The position numbers and the translations under genes were made by a program. This document shows positions 18,441-26,980 of a stretch of DNA of 64,000 nt, piece by piece; position 1 is the first letter of the stretch; each line of letters begins with the position of its first letter. The stretch comes from Chthonomonadales bacterium (GTDB lineage Bacteria > Armatimonadota > Chthonomonadetes > Chthonomonadales > CAJBBX01). The notes beneath the pieces are model-generated. The model was not told the origin of the DNA and searched no databases. It worked only from the letters and a program-made list of their open reading frames with translations. The stretch is taken from assembly GCA_049967475.1 (NCBI GenBank), contig JBMFSQ010000002.1, positions 235,508 through 299,507 of the forward strand. Direction: 5' to 3'.

Positions 18441-20879
18441 ATGTCCAAACGTGTTGCCTCGATTGCGGCTCGCAGGCGTGCAGCGCGACGGCCGCCTACG
18501 CTCAAGAAGCGCCTCAAGAACTTCGCCGCCCTGCTGGCCCTCATCATCCTCACTGGTGTGGCGGTACTTGCCGTCTATCTCGTCCTGATCTTTATCGAGG
18601 TGTCCCGCAATCTGCCGTCCGTAGACGAGATCAACAATATGCAGCCCACACAGGGGACGCAGATCTTCTTCGCAGACGGCACACAGATGGCTGTAATCGG
18701 CGCCGAGAACCGCCAACCTGTAAAATTGGACGCCATCAGCAAGCATCTGATTGACGCAACCATAGCAGTTGAGGACAGCCGCTTCTTTGAGCATCGCGGC
18801 ATAGACTTAAGATCTATTCTCCGGGCGGCCTATCGCGATGCCGTCGGCGGCGACGTTCGCGAAGGAGCCAGCACAATTACCCAGCAGCTTGCGCGCAACA
18901 TCAGCGCTTTGGGGCTCACGCGGCGAAAGCTCCTGCGGCGGAAGATTGCTGAGGCGATGCTCGCTGTGCGCATCGAGCAGTCTTTCACAAAGGATGAGAT
19001 CCTGGAACTGTATCTCAACCGTATCTATTACGGAAACGGTGCCTACGGGGCGGAGGCTGCAGCGGAAGCCTATTTCCACAAGCACGCCAAGGATCTCACT
19101 CTGGCGGAAGCCGCATGGCTCGCCGGGCTTCCCCAGCGCCCGGCCTATTATTCGGCTCCAGCCCATCGAGACCAATCCCTCCGGCGAAGGGACACAGTTC
19201 TCGAGCGCATGGTGGAAACCGGCAAGATTACCCCGGAAGAGCGGGACGCAGCGACGGCAGAACCGCTGCACATTTTCAAAGCCCAGCCTTCCGGAAGCCG
19301 CATCTATGCCGCACCGTACGTGGTCAATTACGTGGTACACCAACTGACCCAGTACTACGGCCCCGACGCTATCTACAACGGCATGAAGGTGTATACCACC
19401 CTCGATCCGCGCATCCAGAAGATTGCCGAACAGACCCTTGCCGATGGCGTCCGCCGCTCCGGCGTGGCGAACCAGGGCGCACTCATATGCATAGACAACC
19501 GTACGGGCTTCATCCGTGCGATGGTGGGCGGTTTGGATTATCAACGGGATCAGTTCAATGTGGTGGTTCAGGGCGTTCGGCAACCGGGAAGCTGCTTCAA
19601 GCCTATCGTGTACACCGCCGCCCTGGACACAGGCAAGGTAACCCTGGATACGCGGTATCGCGACGATCCCAGCCTCCCCGGTGAGCACGCCGGCAACAAA
19701 TGGCATCCCAAGAATTACAGTGGTCGCTACAGCTACCGCCGCATCACGGTCCTCGACGCAATCAAGCATTCCATCAATACCGTGGCAGTAAAGGTTGCCA
19801 TGGACACCGGTCTGGACACCGTGATCGCTTATGCCCGCAAAATGGGTATCACAACGCCTCTGGCTCCCTATGCGCCGCTCGCACTGGGCGCCTCGGGCGT
19901 ACGGCCCATCGAACTGTGTGAAGCCTATACCGTATTCGCTACAAATGGAAAGCGTGCTGTTCCCCAGTGCCTCAAAGCCACGCGTACCTCCGCCGACGAC
20001 CCTGTAGATGAGTGGGCACCACGCCTTGAGGACGTAGGGTTCCAGTCGCACACCCTTTCGGACATGAACGAAGCCCTGCGGGAAGTGGTGCTCCACGGAA
20101 CCGGTACCATGGCAGCCGACGTGCCGAATGCCCATGGTAAAACGGGCACCACGAGCGACTCCCGAGACGCCTGGTTTGCAGGATACACCCCAGAGCTCAC
20201 CACGGTCGTATGGGTCGCTCACGAGAACCGGATGCGCAGCGGCCGCCTCAACCCCAAAGAGCCTTACCTACCCATGCCCGGGGCTACCGGCGGCCACTTG
20301 TGTGCGCCAATCTGGCGGGACTTCATGCTCAAGGCAGTTCCCATCCAAATGCAGGCGAACCAGTCACTCAATGCGCCCGCGCAGAGCGCCCCCCAGCTTC
20401 ATCCTTCTCCGCAGCGCACGGCCGCGGAAAACATCACCGCCCGTTCGGCTACACCTGCCCGTGCCTCACAAGGTGCCATCATGCCGCCCAGCCCACAACC
20501 TCCTTCCGATGCGGCGGTGCCCATCGCGCCCACAGACCAACGCAATGCAGCGGCCAGCGGGATCCCAGTGGAACCGCTCCATTCGGCCCCGGCGATCATG
20601 CCGGCGCCGGCTCTCCCTGTGCCGGCAACTGCTCCGCCTCCGAATGCGGCGCCCCGGGCGACCCAGCCGGTATCATCCCGCCCCGCTGAACCCATTGCGC
20701 GCCCCACATTGCCGGCTCCGCGCGTAGATCCGCAGGATGAAATGGTAACGGTGCGCCTTTGTGCGGACACGATGAAGCGAGCCACGCCCTGGTGCCCGGT
20801 AACCATCGAGAGGCGTATGAGGCGGCGAGACATTCCGGGCCGCTGCAGGCTCCATAAACCGCCGCCGGGTGAAGGCTAG
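18441..20879 (+). CDS. Class A penicillin-binding protein (PBP1A family)
   Basis: Basic N-terminus and TM; GT51 motifs EDSRFFEHRG, GASTITQQLARN, RKIAE and ELYLN; transpeptidase motifs SCFK, SIN and KTGT; Pro/Ala-rich linker and Cys-rich tail. Confidence 0.93.
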   Translation: MSKRVASIAARRRAARRPPTLKKRLKNFAALLALIILTGVAVLAVYLVLIFIEVSRNLPSVDEINNMQPTQGTQIFFADGTQMAVIGAENRQPVKLDAISKHLIDATIAVEDSRFFEHRGIDLRSILRAAYRDAVGGDVREGASTITQQLARNISALGLTRRKLLRRKIAEAMLAVRIEQSFTKDEILELYLNRIYYGNGAYGAEAAAEAYFHKHAKDLTLAEAAWLAGLPQRPAYYSAPAHRDQSLRRRDTVLERMVETGKITPEERDAATAEPLHIFKAQPSGSRIYAAPYVVNYVVHQLTQYYGPDAIYNGMKVYTTLDPRIQKIAEQTLADGVRRSGVANQGALICIDNRTGFIRAMVGGLDYQRDQFNVVVQGVRQPGSCFKPIVYTAALDTGKVTLDTRYRDDPSLPGEHAGNKWHPKNYSGRYSYRRITVLDAIKHSINTVAVKVAMDTGLDTVIAYARKMGITTPLAPYAPLALGASGVRPIELCEAYTVFATNGKRAVPQCLKATRTSADDPVDEWAPRLEDVGFQSHTLSDMNEALREVVLHGTGTMAADVPNAHGKTGTTSDSRDAWFAGYTPELTTVVWVAHENRMRSGRLNPKEPYLPMPGATGGHLCAPIWRDFMLKAVPIQMQANQSLNAPAQSAPQLHPSPQRTAAENITARSATPARASQGAIMPPSPQPPSDAAVPIAPTDQRNAAASGIPVEPLHSAPAIMPAPALPVPATAPPPNAAPRATQPVSSRPAEPIARPTLPAPRVDPQDEMVTVRLCADTMKRATPWCPVTIERRMRRRDIPGRCRLHKPPPGEG

Positions 20880-20907
20880 CCTGGCAGCCCAGAAGGTTCA
20901 TCCAGCT

Positions 20908-22761
20908 ATGGTGATGGTCCATCCGCCGGAACCGGTTCCCAACCTCAAGCGTGTGCGTATCTTGACGGCGGCCATCCTGTTGGGCTTTCTGGGATTGGTG
21001 GCGCGCCTCTGGTATCTGCAAATCGCCCACGGTGAGGAATACCGCCGCCTCTCGGAAGGCAACCACACCCGGCTGATCCGCCGCCAGGCGCCGCGCGGGC
21101 TGATCACCGACCGCACAGGGCATATCCTGGCCGCCAATCGCCCAAAGATCGTTGTGAGCGTTCTTCCAATTGAAGCGCGCAAAGATCCCGGATTGCTGCC
21201 GCGGCTCGGGGAACTCCTTGGCCGGCCCGCCGATGAATTGGCCGCCACCATCGCCCACGATAAGGTGACCGATTACGACCCGGTCCGCGTGGCACTGGAT
21301 GTAGACGTGCCGACCGCCACGCGCATCGAGGAGCGCCGGCTCGATCTGCCGGGTGTGTCCGTGGGCCCAGAACCGATCCGCTTCTATCCTGAAGGCGCCG
21401 TGTTCGGCCACGTGCTGGGCCAGATGGGCCAAATCCCCCCGGCCGAACTCAAACAGCGACGGGACGAAGGGTACCGGCCCGGCGACTATTGCGGGCGCCT
21501 GGGCATCGAACGCGCCTATGATGCCGTCCTCCACGGCAAAGACGGAGGAAGCCTGGTAGAAGTAGATGCCCGGGGCAGGACAGGCGCGGAAATAAGCAGC
21601 TTTGAGCCCACACCTGGCGCACGGGTGGAACTCACGATAGATGCCCGGGTTCAAGAGGCGGCCTACAAAGAACTCTCGCAATGGGCGGCACAAGGTCATC
21701 CCGGCGCCGCCGTAGCCCTGGATCCCCGCACGGGAGCTGTCTTGGCCCTCGTGAGCGTTCCGTCCTTCGATCCCAACCAATTCGCTACAGGCATCAACAC
21801 CGCCAATTGGAAGGCGCTGCAGAGCAACCCGTTCAAGCCCCTCATCAATCGTGCCATCGGCAGTGCATATGCACCGGGTTCAACCTTCAAGCTGGTCACC
21901 GCCGCTGCCGGGCTCTGCTCCGGGCGCATCACACCATACGATCGCGTTTTCTGCAGCGGGGTGATTTACCTGGGCCGATGGGCCAAGCGGTGCCACAAAG
22001 CCTCGGGGCATGGGTCCGTGGATATGGTGCGTGCCATCCAGAAGTCTTGCGACGTCTATTTCTACCGCTTGGGACAGCGGCTGGGCCCAGAACTTCTAGC
22101 GCAGTGGGCCCACACGTTCGGATTGGGCCGACGCACCGGGATTGACTTGACACGGCCTGGTGACCCTCCCGTCGAGCGGGCAGGCATCGTCCCATCACCA
22201 GAGTGGAAACGCAAACGGGGATACGGGCCATGGGTGGGCGGCGACACGGTGGACTTCGCCATCGGCCAGGCCATGCTCGCCTGTACTCCCCTTCAGATGT
22301 GCAACGTAGCGGCGGCCATCGCCAACGGGGGCACCCTCTATAGACCTCAGCTTGTCGGCCGCATCATCGCGAACACCCAGGATGGCGGCGGCCGCCTTGT
22401 GCGTGCCCTACAGCCGCAGGTCTTGGGCCGTATCCCGCTCACGTCCGAGGCGCTGCGAGTGATCCGCGAAGGGATGCTCCAGGTGATGCAGCCCGGCGGC
22501 ACCGCCTCCCACGCCGGGCTGCCTGGGCTCACGATCGCCGGCAAAACGGGCACGGCACAGCAGCGCATCCGGGGCAAGATGGTGAACCACGCATGGTTTG
22601 TAGGCTTTGCCCCGGCCAACGATCCCTCCATGGCAGTGTGCGTGTTTGTGGAGGGTGGCGGTCATGGGGGTACGGTGGCTGCCCCCATCGCCCGCAAGAT
22701 GTTCGCCGCCTATTTCAACATTCCCGCTCCGGCGGCACCCACCGTCCATACGACGGACTGA
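20908..22761 (+). CDS. mrdA: Penicillin-binding protein 2 (class B)
   Basis: RLWYLQI, APRGLITDRTG, RFYP, GIERAYD, PGSTFK, SCD and KTGTAQ. Start is ATG 20908 or GTG 20869. Confidence 0.92.
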   Translation: MVMVHPPEPVPNLKRVRILTAAILLGFLGLVARLWYLQIAHGEEYRRLSEGNHTRLIRRQAPRGLITDRTGHILAANRPKIVVSVLPIEARKDPGLLPRLGELLGRPADELAATIAHDKVTDYDPVRVALDVDVPTATRIEERRLDLPGVSVGPEPIRFYPEGAVFGHVLGQMGQIPPAELKQRRDEGYRPGDYCGRLGIERAYDAVLHGKDGGSLVEVDARGRTGAEISSFEPTPGARVELTIDARVQEAAYKELSQWAAQGHPGAAVALDPRTGAVLALVSVPSFDPNQFATGINTANWKALQSNPFKPLINRAIGSAYAPGSTFKLVTAAAGLCSGRITPYDRVFCSGVIYLGRWAKRCHKASGHGSVDMVRAIQKSCDVYFYRLGQRLGPELLAQWAHTFGLGRRTGIDLTRPGDPPVERAGIVPSPEWKRKRGYGPWVGGDTVDFAIGQAMLACTPLQMCNVAAAIANGGTLYRPQLVGRIIANTQDGGGRLVRALQPQVLGRIPLTSEALRVIREGMLQVMQPGGTASHAGLPGLTIAGKTGTAQQRIRGKMVNHAWFVGFAPANDPSMAVCVFVEGGGHGGTVAAPIARKMFAAYFNIPAPAAPTVHTTD

Positions 22762-22845
22762 CGCGCCCGCACCCCTTGCGCATCTACCGCGGCCGCGGGG
22801 CTCCGTGAGATTGTCACGTAGATGTGCCTGATTTGTCTATTATCC

Positions 22846-22874
22846 TTGACATCTGGACAGATCTGCATTATACT
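22846..22874 (+). promoter_or_regulatory. Sigma70 promoter of the DeoR-glmS operon
   Basis: TTGACA (22846-22851)-N17-TATACT (22869-22874). Confidence 0.8.
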
Positions 22875-22909
22875 ATGTCAGCTTTGAGCAATGACGGAGA
22901 CACCGAGCC

Positions 22910-23773
22910 ATGACCGAACACCCCGATGCCCGGAGAATGAAGCTCCTTCAGATGCTTGCAGATGCGCCCAGCGGCATCCCCCTTCCAGAATGCGCCAGGG
23001 CTTTGCAGGTAGACGAGCGTACGATCCGTCGCGACGCCTTGCACCTGCAGGAACTGCTGAGCAAAGTCCACGGCGTTACGGTACGGCGTAACGTGCTGGT
23101 GGCAGAGGGGGAAGGTCTGGGGCCGGGCTACTTTGCCAAACAAGTGCAAGCGCGCAGACATGTAAAGGAGGCAATCGCCCGCCGTATCGTGTCGTCCTTG
23201 GCCGACAATACGGCCCTTGCCATCACCGCAGGAACTTCAACCTATTATGTGGCGCGCGAAATCCGGCGGGCATCCTTGGAACAGACCTGCCCATCGGGCC
23301 TTATCGTCTTTACCAACAGCCTGCCCGCCCTTATGGAACTCATCTCGGCAGGCGTGTCTACAGGCGTCATCGGCGAGGTGTTCAACCCCGATGACTATGC
23401 CTTCCACACCCATGAACTCCATTCTACATTCAATCCGGGGATTGCCATCGTTGGAGCCAGCGGCATCCTGCCGAACCCCGCCACCGGATCCCTGGACCTG
23501 TTCAGCCACCGGGCAGAGGAAGCCGCCTTCATGAAGCAGGTGCTCGCACCCGTTCCCGAGATTGTCATCGCCGCGGACGCAAGCAAGATCGGCCGCAGGC
23601 ATCCCTGGTCCTTCACGAGCGGAGGCATCCTCGCAGGCAAGCTCGTCCGCCTCTACACCGATCCTTTGGCTCCTGACCAGCGCGAGCCGATTTTGCGACT
23701 CGCATCCACGACGCATCGGAGCGGCTTTCGCCTCATTTTGGAAGAGGTGGATCCCGGTAATGAGCTGCCGTAA
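22910..23773 (+). CDS. DeoR/GlpR-family transcriptional regulator (GlmR-like by context)
   Basis: HTH ARALQVDERTIRRD, then KEAIA, AGTST, FTNSL and ADASKIG of the sensor domain. Lies directly upstream of glmS. Confidence 0.85.
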   Translation: MTEHPDARRMKLLQMLADAPSGIPLPECARALQVDERTIRRDALHLQELLSKVHGVTVRRNVLVAEGEGLGPGYFAKQVQARRHVKEAIARRIVSSLADNTALAITAGTSTYYVAREIRRASLEQTCPSGLIVFTNSLPALMELISAGVSTGVIGEVFNPDDYAFHTHELHSTFNPGIAIVGASGILPNPATGSLDLFSHRAEEAAFMKQVLAPVPEIVIAADASKIGRRHPWSFTSGGILAGKLVRLYTDPLAPDQREPILRLASTTHRSGFRLILEEVDPGNELP

Positions 23774-23848
23774 CGTCACGAAGCATGCTGCACACGGCTT
23801 TACAGAGGGCCACGCAGCCCCTGGAAGGCGCATCAAGGAGGAGAATTT

Positions 23849-25693
23849 ATGTGCGGGATTACGGGATATGTAGGCAGGCGCTCGGCTGTAGACACAGCCA
23901 TCGCCAACCTGAAGCGGCTGGAATACCGCGGTTACGACTCGGCCGGCGTAGCATACCCCCACAATGGCGGCATCCGCGTTGTGAAGGCGCCGGGCAAGAT
24001 CGTGAACCTGGAGGCATTGCTTCAACCCGGCTCCGGCGACGCCCATGTGGCTGTGGCGCATACACGCTGGGCCACGCATGGGAGCCCCAATGAGGCCAAT
24101 GCCCATCCCCATCTGGATTGCACCGGCACTTTGGCAGTAGTGCACAACGGCATCGTCGAAAACTACGCCGAACTGCGGGAGCGGCTTATCGCTCAAGGAC
24201 ATGAATTCCGCTCCGAAACCGACACCGAAGTCATCGCGCACCTCATCGAGGCTCAGCTCGCCCAGCGCGGCCCGTCATTGGATGCAGCCTCCTTCGCCTC
24301 TGCAGCATGCGCGGCCCTTGGTCAGATCCGCGGATCCTATGCCATAGCCGTCATCACGCGCACTCTGCCCGAACTCGTATTCGTAGCGCGCAAGGATTCG
24401 CCCCTGGTCGTCGGCCTGGGAGAAGGCGAGAACTTCCTGGCAAGCGACATCCCTGCCCTGCTCGCCTTTACCCGCCGGGTAATCGTGCTGGAGGATGGCG
24501 ATTGCGGCATCGTCACCCGACACAGCGTCCAGGTATTCGGCTCGGACGGCCTACCTCGGACGCGGCCGCCCTTGCACATTACGTGGGACGATCAGGCAGC
24601 CGAGAAGGGCGGCTTCGCGCACTTTATGCTCAAAGAGATCCACGAAGAGCCGCGCACCGTGCGGGACACCCTCCGCGGCCGCCTTGACCCCAACCGCCGC
24701 GTGGTACTGCCCGACGTGGCCTTGAAAGCCGAGGATTGGTCAAAGTTCCGGCGCATCGCCATCGTTGCGTGTGGAACAGCCTACCATGCAGGCGTTGTAG
24801 GAAAGCGCCTGCTGGAACAGCTTCTCGGCAGACCCGTGGAGGCGTCTGTGGCGTCCGAGTTTCGGTATAGCGACCCGCTGGTAGACGCCGAAACGCTCAC
24901 GATCTTGGTGAGCCAGAGCGGCGAAACGGCAGACACCCTGGCCGCATTGCGTGAGGCGCGTCGGAAGGGATCTACAACTCTGGCCGTGGTCAACGTGGTG
25001 GGAAGCACCCTAGCACGTGAAGCGGACGCGGTTCTCTATACCCAGGCGGGTCCGGAAATCGGTGTGGCCTCCACCAAAGCCTATCTCGCTCAGCTTACGG
25101 CCCTCACCCTGCTTGCGCTCTACCTCGCCCAACTCCAAGGCGCCCAGGATCACCGGCAGCGCGCGTTGGTGGACGCTCTCGAGGCGCTGCCCGATCAAAT
25201 AAGCCAGTGCTTGGAACGCAGCGACGAGGTGCACGCATTGGCGAAGGCGCTGGCCCAACATACCTGCTTCTTTTACTTGGGCCGAGGGTACGACTACGCC
25301 GCAGCTATGGAAGCCGCACTAAAGCTCAAAGAGATCTCCTATATCCATGCCGAAGCGTACCCTGCCGGAGAGATGAAGCACGGCCCCCTCGCCCTTGTGG
25401 AACCCGGCGTCGCCGTGGTAGGGCTCTGCACACAGCCGCAAACCTACGAGAAGATGCTCAGCAACCTCAAGGAAGTCAAAGCGCGCCAGGGTACCGTCGT
25501 CGCAGTCCTACGGGATGGCGAAGAGCAGCCCGACGGCACCGACTATGTGGTGCGCGTTCCAAATTCGGCAGACGCCCTCATGCCGGTATTGGCAATGGTG
25601 CCGATGCAGCTCATGGCGTACTACATAGCCCTGGAGCGGGGCTGCCCCATTGACCAGCCAAGGAACCTGGCAAAGAGCGTTACAGTGGAGTGA
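23849..25693 (+). CDS. glmS: Glutamine--fructose-6-phosphate transaminase (isomerizing)
   Basis: MCGITG, EYRGYDSAG, HTRWATHG, SQSGET, VASTKAY, EMKHGP and PRNLAKSVTVE. AAGGAGG RBS. Confidence 0.98.
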   Translation: MCGITGYVGRRSAVDTAIANLKRLEYRGYDSAGVAYPHNGGIRVVKAPGKIVNLEALLQPGSGDAHVAVAHTRWATHGSPNEANAHPHLDCTGTLAVVHNGIVENYAELRERLIAQGHEFRSETDTEVIAHLIEAQLAQRGPSLDAASFASAACAALGQIRGSYAIAVITRTLPELVFVARKDSPLVVGLGEGENFLASDIPALLAFTRRVIVLEDGDCGIVTRHSVQVFGSDGLPRTRPPLHITWDDQAAEKGGFAHFMLKEIHEEPRTVRDTLRGRLDPNRRVVLPDVALKAEDWSKFRRIAIVACGTAYHAGVVGKRLLEQLLGRPVEASVASEFRYSDPLVDAETLTILVSQSGETADTLAALREARRKGSTTLAVVNVVGSTLAREADAVLYTQAGPEIGVASTKAYLAQLTALTLLALYLAQLQGAQDHRQRALVDALEALPDQISQCLERSDEVHALAKALAQHTCFFYLGRGYDYAAAMEAALKLKEISYIHAEAYPAGEMKHGPLALVEPGVAVVGLCTQPQTYEKMLSNLKEVKARQGTVVAVLRDGEEQPDGTDYVVRVPNSADALMPVLAMVPMQLMAYYIALERGCPIDQPRNLAKSVTVE

Positions 25694-25698
25694 TTGGC

Positions 25699-26060
25699 GG
25701 GAGGGGGGAGCCGTGCGGCGTTCGGGCGCTGATTACAGAGGCTGCTCCAAGCTGCCCTGCACATTCGGAGGCGTCACGGCATCCCCGCCTCTCCCATTGC
25801 TTGTGCGCTCGGCCTGCATCGCTTGCTCGAAGCGATACTCATTCAGCGCGGCTCTCCCTGCGTCGCCTCGGCCGCGCCGATCGAACCAACCTCCTTACGC
25901 GTGCAGTGTCTCCCTGTTTCGGGTTTGCCGACCGGGGGAGCCTCCCTCTCCCGCATCGGCCTTTCCACGGCGCCTGCACCTCGGCCGCGCACACTGGATC
26001 TTTCCTCACTTCAACGGGTATCCGTTCCGGCAATCCATCCGGTTTCGCACGATGGATAGG
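25699..26060. ncRNA. Candidate structured RNA or hairpin-rich intergenic element (family unknown)
   Basis: A ~97-nt imperfect hairpin at 25699-25795, a multibranch domain at 25802-25993, further hairpins to about 26060, and a 12-nt direct repeat. No convincing ORF. Confidence 0.35.
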
Positions 26061-26197
26061 GTCTGGCGCGGTAACTTCCCGGCGCTTTCTTCGCGTAGTG
26101 GTAGGTAGAATGGCAATGCCGGGGCGCGAAGGCGGCCGTTGCCGCTTTGCAACACTCGCTGCAGCCCTGCATCGTGTGGAAAGGTGCATCATTCCCT

Positions 26198-26923
26198 ATG
26201 GCCACAAACACCAACCAGGAGCCCGTCCCAATGGCTCCATCCACTGCTTACGGCCGCTTCCTTCGAGAGAAGGGAACGCGCCGCATCGTGGTAGCTGCCG
26301 TTCTCCTCGTCGTGCTCTACTACGCGTACCTTACCATCCATTACAGCCTCATGTCCCGGGTGCACTGGCCGCCGCTCAAGCCCGATTTGGCCGGCCTTAC
26401 GGTGGTGGGTCTTCAGGATCAGCCTCGCCCGGGGTGGCGCCCCAAGTACAAAGCCTTCGAAATCAACCACGCATGGCAGATCCGCCGGCCCGACGATGAG
26501 GAAGACACCGGCGACACATCCCCGGAAGACACAGAAGCGGCCAAAGACCGCGGCAACGATCCCGCAGCAGGACATCAGGTAAACCGTGGCGAAGCAGTAG
26601 ACGTGCAAGAGGTGTTGCAGAACTGTCCTGTGGTCCTCACAAGCCGCCACTTCACCCATGCCGAGGTGGAACAGAGGCTGGAAGAACTTTTCGATCGCCA
26701 CTATTGGGTAGTTCACGTATTTCTCACGGACGAAGGGCGGTCGCGGTACGAGCAGTTCTCCCGGGTACATAACAAAGAGAGGCTGGCGTTTATCCTGGGA
26801 AATGAGGTGATCACCTGTCCCAGGATGGACCATATGGATGTGAGCATGCTCAGCATCGAACCCATCTGGATCCAGGCAGACGCTCAGCGCCTTGCGGATT
26901 TCATCAACCACCACCGCGAGTAG
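26198..26923 (+). CDS. Single-TM protein with a stand-alone SecDF P1-head-like domain
   Basis: One TM, then VVLTSRHFTHAEV...VHVFLTDEGRSRYEQFSRVHNKERLAFILGNEVITCP...DAQRLA, which matches by eye the SecD head pattern (F..EGA..F...T..N.G.RLAI.LD..VISAP...EA..LA). Confidence 0.7.
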   Translation: MATNTNQEPVPMAPSTAYGRFLREKGTRRIVVAAVLLVVLYYAYLTIHYSLMSRVHWPPLKPDLAGLTVVGLQDQPRPGWRPKYKAFEINHAWQIRRPDDEEDTGDTSPEDTEAAKDRGNDPAAGHQVNRGEAVDVQEVLQNCPVVLTSRHFTHAEVEQRLEELFDRHYWVVHVFLTDEGRSRYEQFSRVHNKERLAFILGNEVITCPRMDHMDVSMLSIEPIWIQADAQRLADFINHHRE

Positions 26924-26980
26924 CGGTCGGACGCGCCTGCGCCGTCCGTCTGATTTTGCCTGGTTGAAGGAGGCGCGATC

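Noticed and set aside
23774..23848. glmS ribozyme upstream of glmS
   Set aside because: Only 75 nt are available and the AGCGCC...GACGAGG core is absent. An AAAGCGCC at about 26081-26088 (minus strand) lies downstream, is in the wrong orientation and lacks the rest of the core.
25699..26060. RNase P, SRP RNA, tRNA-Sec or tmRNA identity for the structured region
   Set aside because: Only fragments resemble them (GAGGAAAG, CAGG...AGCAG, a CCGCCA end). GAGGAAAGTCC, the GNRA-capped SRP helix and the T-loop arm in the proper position are missing.
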